Below, piece after piece: positions 41,984 to 51,809 of a stretch of 64,000 bases of DNA. Where the stretch lies: contig JADMII010000012.1 of the NCBI GenBank assembly GCA_015478665.1, forward strand, positions 13,202 to 77,201. Reading direction: 5' to 3'. The notes under the pieces were generated by a model. The model worked only from the letters and a program-made list of their open reading frames with translations. It was not told the DNA's origin and did not search any database. Every line of letters starts with the position of its first letter. Position 1 is the stretch's first letter. Source of the stretch: Dehalococcoidia bacterium. Its GTDB lineage: Bacteria > Chloroflexota > Dehalococcoidia > DSTF01 > JACRBR01. The translations under genes and the position numbers were made by a program.

Positions 41984-43015
41984 ATGAAGGCCGTCCGCAT
42001 CCACCAGCCCGGCAGCGTCGACAATTACGTCTACGAAGACGCGCCGGAGCCGGTCGCCGGCCCGGGCGAGGTGCGGCTACGCGTGCGCGCGGTCGCGCTC
42101 AACCACCTCGAGGCGTGGGCGGCGAAGGCGCCGCCGAGCGTCCGCTACGAGCGCCCGCGCATCCTCGGCGCCGACGTAGCGGGCACGGTGGAGAGCGTCG
42201 GCGCGGGCGTGACGTCCGTGCAGCCGGGGACCGACGTGATCCTGCATCCGGGCGTCAGTTGCGGCGTCTGCGAAGCGTGCCTCGGCGGTGACGACAACCT
42301 CTGCCCGCAGTATCGCCTGCTCGGCCAGGGTCGCGACGGCGGCATGGCCGAGCTCGTCGTCGTGCCCGCCGCGAACGTCTTCCCCAAGCCGGCGAACCTC
42401 TCGTTCGAGGAGGCCGCCTCGATCCCGCTCGTCTTCACGACGGCGCTGCACATGATCCTGACCCGCGCGCACCTGCGCTACGGCGAGAGCGTGCTGGTGA
42501 ACGCGGCGGGCAGCGGCGTCGGCGTCGCGGCGATCCAGGTGGCGAAGCTGCACGGGGCGCGCGTCATCGCCAGCGCCGGCTCCGACGGGAAGCTGGAAAA
42601 AGCAGCGGCGCTGGGCGCCGACGAGCACATCAACTACACCACCTCCGACCTCGCCGAGGAGGCGCGCCGGCTGACGGACGGACGTGGCGTCGACATGGTC
42701 GTCGAGAACGTCGGTGCGGCGATCATGGAGAAGAGCATCCAGGCGCTGGCGCGCAACGGCCGCGTCGTCACCTGCGGCGCCACGGCCGGCAACGACGCCA
42801 CGTTCAACGTCACGCGCTTCTTCCTCGCCCAGCAGACGCTCTACGGCTCGTTCATGGGGACGAAGGCCGAGATGCTGCGCTATGCTCCCTGCTTCGCCGA
42901 CGGCCGTCTCCGGCCCGTCGTCGACACGGTCTTCCCGCTCGCCGGCGCGCGCGAGGCGGTGGCGCGCCTGCTGCATCGCGAGCAGTTCGGCAAGGTCGTG
43001 CTCGTGCCCGCGTGA
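41984..43015 (+). CDS. Zinc-binding alcohol dehydrogenase / quinone oxidoreductase (MDR superfamily)
   Basis: GEVRLRVRAVALNHLE, GADVAG and the VNAAGSGVGVAAIQVAK Rossmann segment. Confidence 0.75.
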   Translation: MKAVRIHQPGSVDNYVYEDAPEPVAGPGEVRLRVRAVALNHLEAWAAKAPPSVRYERPRILGADVAGTVESVGAGVTSVQPGTDVILHPGVSCGVCEACLGGDDNLCPQYRLLGQGRDGGMAELVVVPAANVFPKPANLSFEEAASIPLVFTTALHMILTRAHLRYGESVLVNAAGSGVGVAAIQVAKLHGARVIASAGSDGKLEKAAALGADEHINYTTSDLAEEARRLTDGRGVDMVVENVGAAIMEKSIQALARNGRVVTCGATAGNDATFNVTRFFLAQQTLYGSFMGTKAEMLRYAPCFADGRLRPVVDTVFPLAGAREAVARLLHREQFGKVVLVPA

Positions 43016-43149
43016 TACCGACGGGGACGGGAACCGCGGATGACGCAGAGGGGATGGGCCGTATGTGCCATGCCCGTGCCACACGCCCGACCTCTCACGA
43101 CCCACGTTCCACGCCCCAACCTTGAGCTATCCCCCTACGATGCACGATA

Positions 43150-44154
43150 GTGCCCGTGGCCCCCGACGGGCCGCAGGGCAGGGAGGGCGTCGTGACGACG
43201 GACGTGGCCGGCATCACCCATCGCCAGATCGAGACCAACGGCATCTCGCTGCACATCGCCGAGGCGGGCGCGGGGCCGCTGGTGCTGCTGCTGCACGGAT
43301 TCCCCGAGTCGTGGTACTCCTGGCGGCACCAGATGCCGGCGCTCGCCGCCGCCGGCTATCACGTCGTCGCGCCCGACCAGCGCGGTTACGGCGGCACCGA
43401 TGCGCCGCCGAGCATCGAGGACTACGACATCCTGCACCTCGTCGACGACGCCGCCGGCGTGCTCGATGCCGTCGGCGAACGGAGCGCCGTCGTCGTCGGG
43501 CACGACTGGGGGTCCATGGTCGCCTGGCACTGCGCGCTGCTGAAGCCCGACCGCTTCCATGCCGTGGCGACGATGAGCGTGCCGTACATGGGCCGCGGGC
43601 CGATGCCGCCGGTTCAGCTCATGCGGCAGATGTTCGGCAACAACTTCTTCTACATCATCTACTTCCAGGAGCCGGACGTCGCCGAGGCCGAGTTCGAAGC
43701 GGACGTGCGGCGGACGATGCGCACGTTCCTCTACGTCGCCTCTGGCGATCTCGATGAGCCGGCTTCCTTCATGAACAAGCCGGCGAACTCGACGTTCCTC
43801 CAGGGCCTGCCGGAACCGAAGAAGCCGCTGCGCTGGCTGACCGAAGCCGACCTCGACTACTTCGTCGGCGAATTCGAGCGCTCCGGGTTCCGCGGCCCCG
43901 TGAACTGGTATCGCAACCTCGACCGCAACTGGGAGCTCACGCCGGAGCTCACCGACGCGAAGGTGCGACAACCCGCGCTCTTCATCGCCGGCGAGAAGGA
44001 CGGCGTGATGGCGTTCACGTCCATCGAGCCGATGAAGCAGCTGGTGCCGGATCTGCGGAAGCTCGTGATGATCCCCGGCGCCGGCCACTGGACCCAGCAG
44101 GAGGCGCCGGATCAGGTGAACAGCGAGCTGCTGGCGTTCCTGAAGGGACTGTAG
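43150..44154 (+). CDS. Alpha/beta hydrolase, epoxide-hydrolase-like
   Basis: LLLHGFPESWYSWRHQ (HGxP motif) and the nucleophile VVGHDWGS. Confidence 0.7.
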   Translation: MPVAPDGPQGREGVVTTDVAGITHRQIETNGISLHIAEAGAGPLVLLLHGFPESWYSWRHQMPALAAAGYHVVAPDQRGYGGTDAPPSIEDYDILHLVDDAAGVLDAVGERSAVVVGHDWGSMVAWHCALLKPDRFHAVATMSVPYMGRGPMPPVQLMRQMFGNNFFYIIYFQEPDVAEAEFEADVRRTMRTFLYVASGDLDEPASFMNKPANSTFLQGLPEPKKPLRWLTEADLDYFVGEFERSGFRGPVNWYRNLDRNWELTPELTDAKVRQPALFIAGEKDGVMAFTSIEPMKQLVPDLRKLVMIPGAGHWTQQEAPDQVNSELLAFLKGL

Positions 44155-44157
44155 GCG

Positions 44158-45075
44158 ATGCGCATCGGACTCGTGCTCGGCGAAGGCGCGACGATCGACG
44201 ACGTCGTCCAGAGCGTCGTGGACTGCGAGCAGGACGGCTTCGACAGCGCCTGGTTCAGCCACATCTTCGGCGTCGACGCGCTGACGATGATCGCGCTCGC
44301 CGGCCGGCGGACGACGCGGATCGAGCTGGGCACGGCCGTCATCCCCGTCTATCTGCATCATCCGTTCGCCATGGCGCAGCAGGCGGCCACGGTGAACGCT
44401 GCGATCGGCGGCAGGCTGACGCTCGGCATCGGCCTGTCGCATCAACCGGTCGTCGAGCAGATGTGGGGGCTGTCGTACGACCGCCCGGGCCCGTACATGC
44501 GGGAGTACATGTCCGTGGTGGGCCCGCTCGTGCGCGAGGGGAAGGTGGCGTTTCGCGGCGACGTCTTCCAGGTTGCGGCAGGGCTGCAGATCCCCGGCGC
44601 GACGCCGTTCCCGGTGCTCGTCGCCGCCCTCGCGCCGATGATGCTCCAGACGGCCGGAACGCTCGCCGACGGCACCGTCACCTGGACGACCGGCATCAAG
44701 ACCATCGAGACGCACGTGGCGCCCCGCATCAACGCGGCGGCGGCCGCCGCAGGTCGCCCGCAGCCGCGGATCGCCGTCGGGCTGCCCGTGGCGGTGACGG
44801 ACGACGCGTCGGCGGCGCGCGAGCGCATCTCGAAGGGCCTGCAGATCTACGGACAGCTGGTGAACTACCGGCGTATGCTCGACATCGAGGGCGCCGCCGC
44901 GCCGGGAGACATCGCCCTCGTCGGCGACGAACGGGAGCTCGAGCGCCAGGTCCGCGCGCTCGCGTCAGCCGGCGCGACCGACTTCAATGCGGCGATCTTC
45001 CCCGTCGGCGACGACCCGGGCGCCTCGATCGCACGCACGCGCGCGGTGTTGAAGGGGCTGGTGGGCCACGTCTAG
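44158..45075 (+). CDS. Luciferase-like monooxygenase (LLM) family oxidoreductase, possibly F420-dependent
   Basis: MRIGLVLGEGATIDDVV and a TIM-barrel LLM-like body; 305 aa. Confidence 0.6.
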   Translation: MRIGLVLGEGATIDDVVQSVVDCEQDGFDSAWFSHIFGVDALTMIALAGRRTTRIELGTAVIPVYLHHPFAMAQQAATVNAAIGGRLTLGIGLSHQPVVEQMWGLSYDRPGPYMREYMSVVGPLVREGKVAFRGDVFQVAAGLQIPGATPFPVLVAALAPMMLQTAGTLADGTVTWTTGIKTIETHVAPRINAAAAAAGRPQPRIAVGLPVAVTDDASAARERISKGLQIYGQLVNYRRMLDIEGAAAPGDIALVGDERELERQVRALASAGATDFNAAIFPVGDDPGASIARTRAVLKGLVGHV

Positions 45076-45097
45076 CGGACGGCGAGGGTAGAACGAC

Positions 45098-46678
45098 GTG
45101 GTAGAAGACGCGCGGATGACGGCGGTCGAGGCCGCGCCTCGCGGCGAGCGGCAGGCGCCCGGCGCGCCGCCACCGTTCGTGCGCGACCGCGGGGCCGGCG
45201 GCGATCTGGCGGCGACGCTCGCCCGCTGGATGAGCTTCGACCTGACGCGCCCGCTTGCCTTCGCCGTGCTGGCGCTACTCTACGTCGCCAGCCGGCTGCC
45301 GTTCATCGATAACGGCTACGGGACGAAGCCGGATGCCTGGCGCATCGCGCTCACGGGCTACTGGCTCTGGGACCGGCACGCGTTCTACCCGTCGCGGCTG
45401 CCCGGCTACCCGATCCCCGAGCTGTCGTACGCGGCGCTCTTCAACGGCAGCTGGATCGCCACGAACTCACTGACGATCGCCGTGGCGCTGGTGGGCGTCT
45501 GGTTCTTCGCGCGCATCGTCCGCGAGCTGAAGCTCCCGAATCCGGCGCTGCTCGTCGTCGGCTTCGCGTTCATGCCGCTGCTGTGGATCAACAGCATGAA
45601 CACGATGGACTACGCCTGGGCGCTCACCTTCATCCTCGGCTCGTATTACTTCCTGCTGCGCGACAACGACCTTGCGGCCGGCCTCATGCTCGGGCTGGCA
45701 GTCGGCTCGCGCCTGCCGTCCGCGGCGATGCTCGTCCCGTTCGTCGCCTACATGTGGCGGTCGGGCAAGCGCGACGAGATCCGCACCTTCCTCGTCTCGG
45801 TGATCGCCGTCGCGATGGTGGCGTTCTCGCCGGTCATCTGGAAGTACGGGCCGAGCTTTCTCAACTTCTACGACGCGAAGGTTGGCTATCGCGACGTGAT
45901 CCGGCTGCTGGCGAAGGATTCGCTCGGGCTCGCCGGCACCGCCGCACTGATCATCGCCACGCTCGTCTCGCTGCCGCGGCTGGCGAAGCTTCCCGGCGAC
46001 TTCGTGCGCGACAAGGACGTCATGACCTGGGTGCTGGCGATCGTCGTCGCGGCCGCCGTCTTCTTCCGCCTGCCGCACGAGGCCGCGTACCTGATCCCGC
46101 TCTATCCATTCGCCTACCTGCTCATCGGCAAATACTTCCAGCGCTGGGTGCTCGCCGGCGCCGTCGCCATCTTCCTGCTCTCCGGCTTCGTCGACTTCAC
46201 GACGACGACCCATCAGGTAAGCCTGGCATCGGTCAGCCGCGTACGCGTCGGCGAAGGCATGCTGCTCTCGAACCGCAACACCCAACGCGCGCAGATGACG
46301 TTCACCCGCCGAGTGGAGAACCTGGCGGTGCCGAACAACTCCGTCGTCATCGTCGGCTTCGTCTACCCCGAATTCGCCGTCTCGAACCGCAACCGCCTCA
46401 GCGTCGGCCTGCTCGAGAAGGACACGTCGGCGATCAGCCAGCTCTCGGACAAGGGCAAGACCTTCGACGCGACGCGCCGCATCACGTACGTCTGGCTGCT
46501 GACGTGGCAGGACTTCGAGGCGTATCGCAGGCAGGGCGCCCGCATCTACTACACGGTCGACGCCGACCGCAGCACCGAGGCGCTGTACGGCTACCGGCCG
46601 GGCCTCTTCGGCGGGACGCTGATCGATACGGGGAGGACGCCATCCGGCGAGCCCGACACGAACCGTACCCAACGGTAG
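45098..46678 (+). CDS. Polytopic membrane protein, GT-C-fold glycosyltransferase-like (PMT_2/ArnT/DUF2029-like)
   Basis: About 12 predicted TM helices with aromatic-rich loops; 526 aa. No soluble domain. Confidence 0.45.
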   Translation: MVEDARMTAVEAAPRGERQAPGAPPPFVRDRGAGGDLAATLARWMSFDLTRPLAFAVLALLYVASRLPFIDNGYGTKPDAWRIALTGYWLWDRHAFYPSRLPGYPIPELSYAALFNGSWIATNSLTIAVALVGVWFFARIVRELKLPNPALLVVGFAFMPLLWINSMNTMDYAWALTFILGSYYFLLRDNDLAAGLMLGLAVGSRLPSAAMLVPFVAYMWRSGKRDEIRTFLVSVIAVAMVAFSPVIWKYGPSFLNFYDAKVGYRDVIRLLAKDSLGLAGTAALIIATLVSLPRLAKLPGDFVRDKDVMTWVLAIVVAAAVFFRLPHEAAYLIPLYPFAYLLIGKYFQRWVLAGAVAIFLLSGFVDFTTTTHQVSLASVSRVRVGEGMLLSNRNTQRAQMTFTRRVENLAVPNNSVVIVGFVYPEFAVSNRNRLSVGLLEKDTSAISQLSDKGKTFDATRRITYVWLLTWQDFEAYRRQGARIYYTVDADRSTEALYGYRPGLFGGTLIDTGRTPSGEPDTNRTQR

Positions 46679-46980
46679 CCGAAGCTCCCGGACATCACGC
46701 AGTCTGTGCCAGCGCCTTGTCCTGCGCCTGCCCACGACCGTAGCCGATCGTCATTCGGGCAGACCGGGCCCGGGACGCACCTGCTTCGTCAGCAGCTCCG
46801 CTTCCAGAACGTGCCGCAGCGTCAGCGCCGACCGCTCGTTCGGCCGTGGCTGGGTCAAGTCGGAAGGCTGCGACGGCACGCTGGACGGCGTCGTCTCAGG
46901 TTGCGAATCCAAACAGCTCCTGTAGTTGGCTGGTTGGGCCAACACCACGCATCGCCTGGTACCGCGCAACCGAAGCGTCG

Positions 46981-48387
46981 TTACAACCGCCGCCGCAGCG
47001 TCAGGTAGACGCCTGAGCCGGCGCCGACGACCATGATTCCCAGCACCGCGATGATCGCGATCGTGATGCCGCTCGCGCCGCCACTGCCGGCGGCGCCCGC
47101 AGCGGCGGTCCGGGTGGCGTCGCCCGCGGCAGGGGCGGCCGTCGTCGTCGCGCCGGTCGTCGGCGCCGCGACGCGCGCCGGCAGCCCGACGGACTGGCGC
47201 CATGCGTTCTCGAGGCCGAGCTGGTCGAAGCCGTACACCTTGCGGTAGGCATCGTCCGGCGTCGAGCCATCCTTGAACGTCCGCAGCAGCTCAGCGAACT
47301 TCTCCGCGCCGCGCGCATCGACCAGGTACTTCACGATCGAGCCCGCTTCGCCGTAGAACAGGCCGACCGTGTCGCCGGTGTCGGCGGCGGCCGACGAGCC
47401 GAGCTGGAGAATCGAGAGGGCGCTGTTGCTCCGGATCGCGGCGGCGAGCGCCTCCTGCTGGCTGGCGAGCGGCTGCTTCTGCGAGAAGACGGAGATGCCT
47501 TCGGCCAGCCAGCTGGTGATGCCGTACGGCCCCTTCGTCGCCTGGCTGGTGACGATGTGCGCGACCTCGTGCCGCGTGGTATCGAGCGTATCGACATCAG
47601 TGGACACCATCGCCGTGTCCGAATAGACGACCTCGCCGAGGATGGTGACGCCGCCGCCGATGCTTCCGGGAGCGATCGCCGGCTGCATCTCCTCGGCCGT
47701 CGCATAGAGGAAGACCTTGACCGGGAACGTCACCTGCGTCTGTTCCAGCGCGCCGACGTCCCTCAGGGTCTGCGCCGCGGCCACGAGCACGGCCTGCGCG
47801 TCGGCCTGCGAGCCTGCGTAATAGTACAGCGTGACGTTGGCGCTCTTGAGCGTCTTGAAGGTGAAGCGCGTGTCCTCGTGGACGTAGAGCTTGTCCTGCG
47901 TCACCAGCCGGTCGCCGGACGCGTCGGTGATCTCCCAGTGGTAGGTGATGTTGGCGCCGGGGATGATGACGATACCCTGCCCGCTCGTCAGCGAGAAGCT
48001 GCACCGCACGGTGCCCGTGCCGGTGCAGTCGGCGATCGCCGTCGCGCCCGTCCCGTCCGGCGCGAGCGTGTACAGCAGGCGCACCTCCTTCGGCGCCGCC
48101 GGCGCCGTGAAGCTGACGCTGAAGGTGACGCCACGCGGGAAGTTGTTTCGCGCCTGGTCGCTCGTCACGACGATCGGCGAAGACTGCGCCCGCGCCGTCG
48201 TGCGCAGCGGCCCGCCGGGCATGATGAGCGCCACCGCCAGCACCACCGCCACTGCCACGACGGCCCGCGCGCAATCAGCAGCGCTCCGCCGGCCGCATGC
48301 AGCGCCGGGCCTCGTCGAGCCTCCCGCCTGCCGCCTCCACCGGCGCCGAAGGGGTGCGGCCGCCTCTCGTACCCACCGTGTGAGCAC
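46981..48387 (-). CDS. Secreted peptidase MA-like zinc metalloprotease with C-terminal membrane anchor
   Basis: Signal-like VVAVAVVLAVALIMP, an HExxH site (TRHEVAHIV), a Thr/Ala-rich linker and a C-terminal TM (ITIAIIAVLGIMVVGAG). The GTG start lies 4 nt after the prfB stop. Confidence 0.5.
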   Translation of the reverse strand: MLTRWVREAAAPLRRRWRRQAGGSTRPGAACGRRSAADCARAVVAVAVVLAVALIMPGGPLRTTARAQSSPIVVTSDQARNNFPRGVTFSVSFTAPAAPKEVRLLYTLAPDGTGATAIADCTGTGTVRCSFSLTSGQGIVIIPGANITYHWEITDASGDRLVTQDKLYVHEDTRFTFKTLKSANVTLYYYAGSQADAQAVLVAAAQTLRDVGALEQTQVTFPVKVFLYATAEEMQPAIAPGSIGGGVTILGEVVYSDTAMVSTDVDTLDTTRHEVAHIVTSQATKGPYGITSWLAEGISVFSQKQPLASQQEALAAAIRSNSALSILQLGSSAAADTGDTVGLFYGEAGSIVKYLVDARGAEKFAELLRTFKDGSTPDDAYRKVYGFDQLGLENAWRQSVGLPARVAAPTTGATTTAAPAAGDATRTAAAGAAGSGGASGITIAIIAVLGIMVVGAGSGVYLTLRRRL

Positions 48388-48390
48388 CGC

Positions 48391-49507
48391 CTAGCCCTCC
48401 ACCTCGACGTCCGCACCCACCTGCGCCTTCAGGTAGGCCTGGATGAACGCATCAAGGTCGCCTTCGAGCACGTCCGCCGCGCTGCTCGTCTCGAACCCGG
48501 TGCGGTGGTCCTTCACCATCTTGTACGGATGCAGCACGTAGCTGCGGATCTGGTTGCTCCAGCCGGCGCTGACGTGCTCGCCCTTGATCTTCGCCTGCTC
48601 CTCGGCGTGGCGCTCCAGCTCGCGCTCGATGAGCCGCGCTTCGAGCACGCGCATCGCCGACTCGCGGTTGCGGTGCTGCGAGCGCTCGTTCTGGCAGGTG
48701 ACGACGATGTTCGTCGGCAGATGCGTGATGCGGATCGCCGTCGAGTTCTTCTGCACATTCTGGCCGCCGTGGCCGCTCGCCCGGAAGACGTCGACGCGGA
48801 TGTCATCAGGGTTGATCTTCACTTCCGCCGCATCGCCGGCCTCGGGCAGCACCTCGACGAGCGCGAACGACGTGTGGCGGGCGTGGGCGGAGTCAAACGG
48901 CGACAGGCGCACGAGGCGATGCACCCCGCGCTCGCTCTTCAGGTAGCCGTAGGCGTGCTGGCCGCTCACCTCGATGGTCGCGCTCTTGATGCCGGCCTCC
49001 TCGCCCGGCATCAGGTCGATGACCTCTGCCGGGAAGCGGCGTCGCTCGCACCAACGCAGATACATCCGCAGGAGCATCTCCGCCCAGTCCTGCGACTCGG
49101 TGCCGCCGGCGCCCGCGTGGATGGCGATGATCGCATTGCGTTCGTCGTACGGTCCGGAGAACGCAAGCTCGAACTCCAGCCCGTCGAGCTCCTGTTCGAG
49201 GCCGCCGGTGTCGCGCGTGAGGTCGCCGGCGAGCGCGTCGTCGTCCTCGCCATCGGCCAGCTCGACGAGCGCCAGGAGGTCGGCGGCGCGCGCTTCGATG
49301 CCGCGCCACGTGTCCACCCGCTGGCGGAGCGCGGCGGCGCGCTTCATCACATCCTGCGCCGACTGCGGGTCGTCCCAGAAGCCGGGCGCCGCAGCCTGCT
49401 CGTCGAGCGCCGCCGCCTGTCGTTCGAGCCCGGCGATGTCAAAGACGCACCATGACGTGCGCGATGCGTTCGCGGAGGGCGATCAGTCGTTCGCGAAGCT
49501 CGTGCAT
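48391..49507 (-). CDS. prfB: Peptide chain release factor 2, with programmed +1 ribosomal frameshift
   Basis: Frame 0 reads ATG CAC GAG CTT ... GTC ATG GTG CGT CTT TGA C (MHELRERLIALRERIAHVMVRL*) and ends on the canonical CUU UGA C shift site. The +1 frame then continues DIAGLERQAAALDEQ...MMKRAA...SGHGGQNVQK (GGQ). The start follows GAAGGAG. The track shows only the post-shift ORF. Confidence 0.85.
49438..49444 (-). other. prfB +1 frameshift site (CTT TGA C) preceded by internal SD-like GGTG
   Basis: The plus strand GTCAAAG at 49438-49444 is CTTTGAC on the coding strand. Confidence 0.8.
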
Positions 49508-49574
49508 GTGCTGGTGCGCTCCTTCGGGCGAGAGTGAGCCGGTCGTCACATGGTAGCAGGCGGCGCGGCGGCGG

Positions 49575-49620
49575 CAGTTGGATGTCGGATGTCGGAGGTC
49601 GGATGGGAGAGGTCGAGCTC
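49575..49620. repeat. Short tandem/dispersed repeat GGATGTCGGATGTCGGAGGTCGGATGGGAGAGGTCG (copy 1)
   Basis: The core TCGGAGGTCGGA(G)ATGGG recurs, reverse-complemented, at ~54659-54690. Confidence 0.5.
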
Positions 49621-49699
49621 ATCGCACGACCAGCCGGCGAGCACCGCCGCCCGCGGCTTCGTCCGCCTCCCTCGATGAGCGTCCGTTCGCGGCGCCCGG

Positions 49700-50809
49700 T
49701 CATCGCCGTGTCTCCGTGTACCGCCGGCACTCGTCGATCACGGCGAGCGCGCCCGCTTCGCCCTTCCACTCCGTCACCGGCTTCCCCTGCCCGACGTACC
49801 AGGCGTAGATGCGCTCGCGCAGATCCGCGAGCGGCTCTTCCGGCCGGTCGGCGGCGACCGCGAGGAGCTTGTGGTCGCCGTCGCCGCGTTCGAGCACGTC
49901 GACCACGCGCACCTGCAGGCGCTCCCCTCGCTCACGCAGGCGCCGGTCAATGAGCATGATGTCGAAGAGCTCGTCATCGCCGGGGCAGATGATCTCCGCC
50001 GAGCAGCCGTAGTGCGTGAGCATCGGCTCCAAGTCGTGACGATACACGACGCGCTGCTCGTCAGAGAGCCACTCCCAGCGTCCGCGCTCACCGGCTCGCT
50101 GCTCGACCACCATCTCGAGCGTGGCGGCGAGCATCCGGCGCTTCGCCTCGCCGGCAATGCGATCGGCGAGGCGCGTCGGCTCCGGCGCGCGATAGCCGCG
50201 GGCGCAGCGCAGCACCCAGCGCTCCGCATCGTCGAGACCGATGCCGTTGCCGACGGAGACGAAGATCGAACGCACGCCCTCGCGTGTCCGCAGCATCGAG
50301 CCGATCAGCTCGCCGTCGTCGACGAGGTCGGCGCGCGAGCCGCGCGCCCCGGCAACCGTGCGCGGCACGCCGACCAGTCGCGTTTTGGCGACGCCGATCG
50401 TCGGGATGCCGAGCAGCACCCCGAGATGGCAGGCGAAGCCGAAGCGACGCGGGTGCGCGTAGCCGTGACCATCGACCATCAGCAGATCCGGCGGGTGCTG
50501 CAGGCGCTCGAACGCAGGCAGCAGCACCGGCGTCTCGCGGAACGACAGCAGGCCGGGGACGTACGGGAACGTCACCGCCGATTCCACCGTCACGCGCTCG
50601 ACCTCTTCGAGCGAGGGGTAGGCGAGCACGACGACCGCGCCGACCGCACGCCCATTGCGCTTGTCGAACGCGACGTCGCTGCCTGCTATGGACCGCACAT
50701 CGGTCTCCCGTACGGCGCCGCCGCGGACGACCCGCGGCGCGAGCTCGCGCTGCAGCCGCACGGCATCGGCCGCGGTGAGATCCCAGGGATGCAGCGGTTC
50801 AACGCGCAC
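49700..50809 (-). CDS. nfi: Endonuclease V (deoxyinosine 3' endonuclease) fused to a ~140-aa C-terminal domain of unknown function
   Basis: The N-terminal ~225 aa (GSDVAF, PYVPGLLSFRE, LLMVDGHGYAHPRRFGFACHLGV, IGVAK) are EndoV. There is no stop before a further 140 residues (EWLSDEQRVVYRHDLEPMLTHYGCSAEIICPGDDELFD...). Confidence 0.7.
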   Translation of the reverse strand: MRVEPLHPWDLTAADAVRLQRELAPRVVRGGAVRETDVRSIAGSDVAFDKRNGRAVGAVVVLAYPSLEEVERVTVESAVTFPYVPGLLSFRETPVLLPAFERLQHPPDLLMVDGHGYAHPRRFGFACHLGVLLGIPTIGVAKTRLVGVPRTVAGARGSRADLVDDGELIGSMLRTREGVRSIFVSVGNGIGLDDAERWVLRCARGYRAPEPTRLADRIAGEAKRRMLAATLEMVVEQRAGERGRWEWLSDEQRVVYRHDLEPMLTHYGCSAEIICPGDDELFDIMLIDRRLRERGERLQVRVVDVLERGDGDHKLLAVAADRPEEPLADLRERIYAWYVGQGKPVTEWKGEAGALAVIDECRRYTETRR

Positions 50810-50928
50810 GGCCGGGCCGTTCCAGCAGGTGTATGGCGTCAGCCGTCCGACCCGCCAGCAGCGGCGCCCGGCCGGTGAACCGAGGGAGGCGGCGCAGGCG
50901 CTTGTCCGCGTCGCACGCGATCACTACG

Positions 50929-51342
50929 ATGGGCACGGTGAAGCTTCCTCGGATGTTCGTCCTCCTGATCTTCGCGGCGCTGTTGGGCGCGGCCTGCGGC
51001 GTCGCCTTCTCGGCGCCGAAGCGCAACCGCACGTTGTTTCAGTCGCTGAGCGTGACCGGCGAACTGCGCACGGGCCAGCCGCTGACCGCGGCGCTCGCGT
51101 ACCAGCAGTACCTGCCGATCGAGATCGACGTGCGCTGCGAGGTACGGCAGTCGAAGAAGCTGATCAAGCCCATCGGCCAGATGAAGGTGCCCGCGTACCC
51201 GAACGGCAGCCCGACCGTGACGCCGTTCCCCGGCAACATCTCCTACGATTTTACCATCGACAAGGCAGGCGACTACTTCGTCGAGTGCTACACGCCGAGC
51301 GACAAGGACAACGCGATCCGCTATCCGTTCAGCGTAGATTGA
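50929..51342 (+). CDS. Small secreted protein, hypothetical
   Basis: Signal peptide MFVLLIFAALLGAACGVAFS; codon usage is coding-like. Confidence 0.3.
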   Translation: MGTVKLPRMFVLLIFAALLGAACGVAFSAPKRNRTLFQSLSVTGELRTGQPLTAALAYQQYLPIEIDVRCEVRQSKKLIKPIGQMKVPAYPNGSPTVTPFPGNISYDFTIDKAGDYFVECYTPSDKDNAIRYPFSVD

Positions 51343-51424
51343 GCGAGGAAGCACGCCGCTTGCAGCACCGCTGAACGGAGGATCCGGCGTCGAAGCATGT
51401 TCTCGCGGCGAAGAAGGGCTGACG

Positions 51425-51793
51425 ATGATGACGACGGAACACGACTTCGGTTGCGACGAGCAGCACACGGCACGCCAGCGCTGCAACGCGAACGCCTCGG
51501 TCGTCGCCGCCGCAGCGCCAGCGGCGGGAAGCGCCGAGATGCAGCCCCCCGAGCGGCGGGAAGCTGAGCCGGCGCGCCGCGCGGACGCTGCCGCCCTGAT
51601 GCCGACCGCCGGCATCGAGCCGCCGGAGCAGATGTTCGGGCCGGATGTTGACGCGCATGGCGCCGGCCTCGCCGATGGGCCGCTGGAGAGCATCGACACC
51701 AGCCGGCTGCCGACGCTGCCGCTGCTCGGCCTGGTGCTCGTCGCCATCGTGAGCATCGCGGTGGCGTGGCGCCTGGTCCGCGGCCAGCGATAA
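51425..51793 (+). CDS. Hypothetical small protein with C-terminal TM
   Basis: ORF with a C-terminal TM segment LPLLGLVLVAIVSIAVAW. Confidence 0.15.
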   Translation: MMTTEHDFGCDEQHTARQRCNANASVVAAAAPAAGSAEMQPPERREAEPARRADAAALMPTAGIEPPEQMFGPDVDAHGAGLADGPLESIDTSRLPTLPLLGLVLVAIVSIAVAWRLVRGQR

Positions 51794-51809
51794 CGGCGCC
51801 ATCCGGCGG

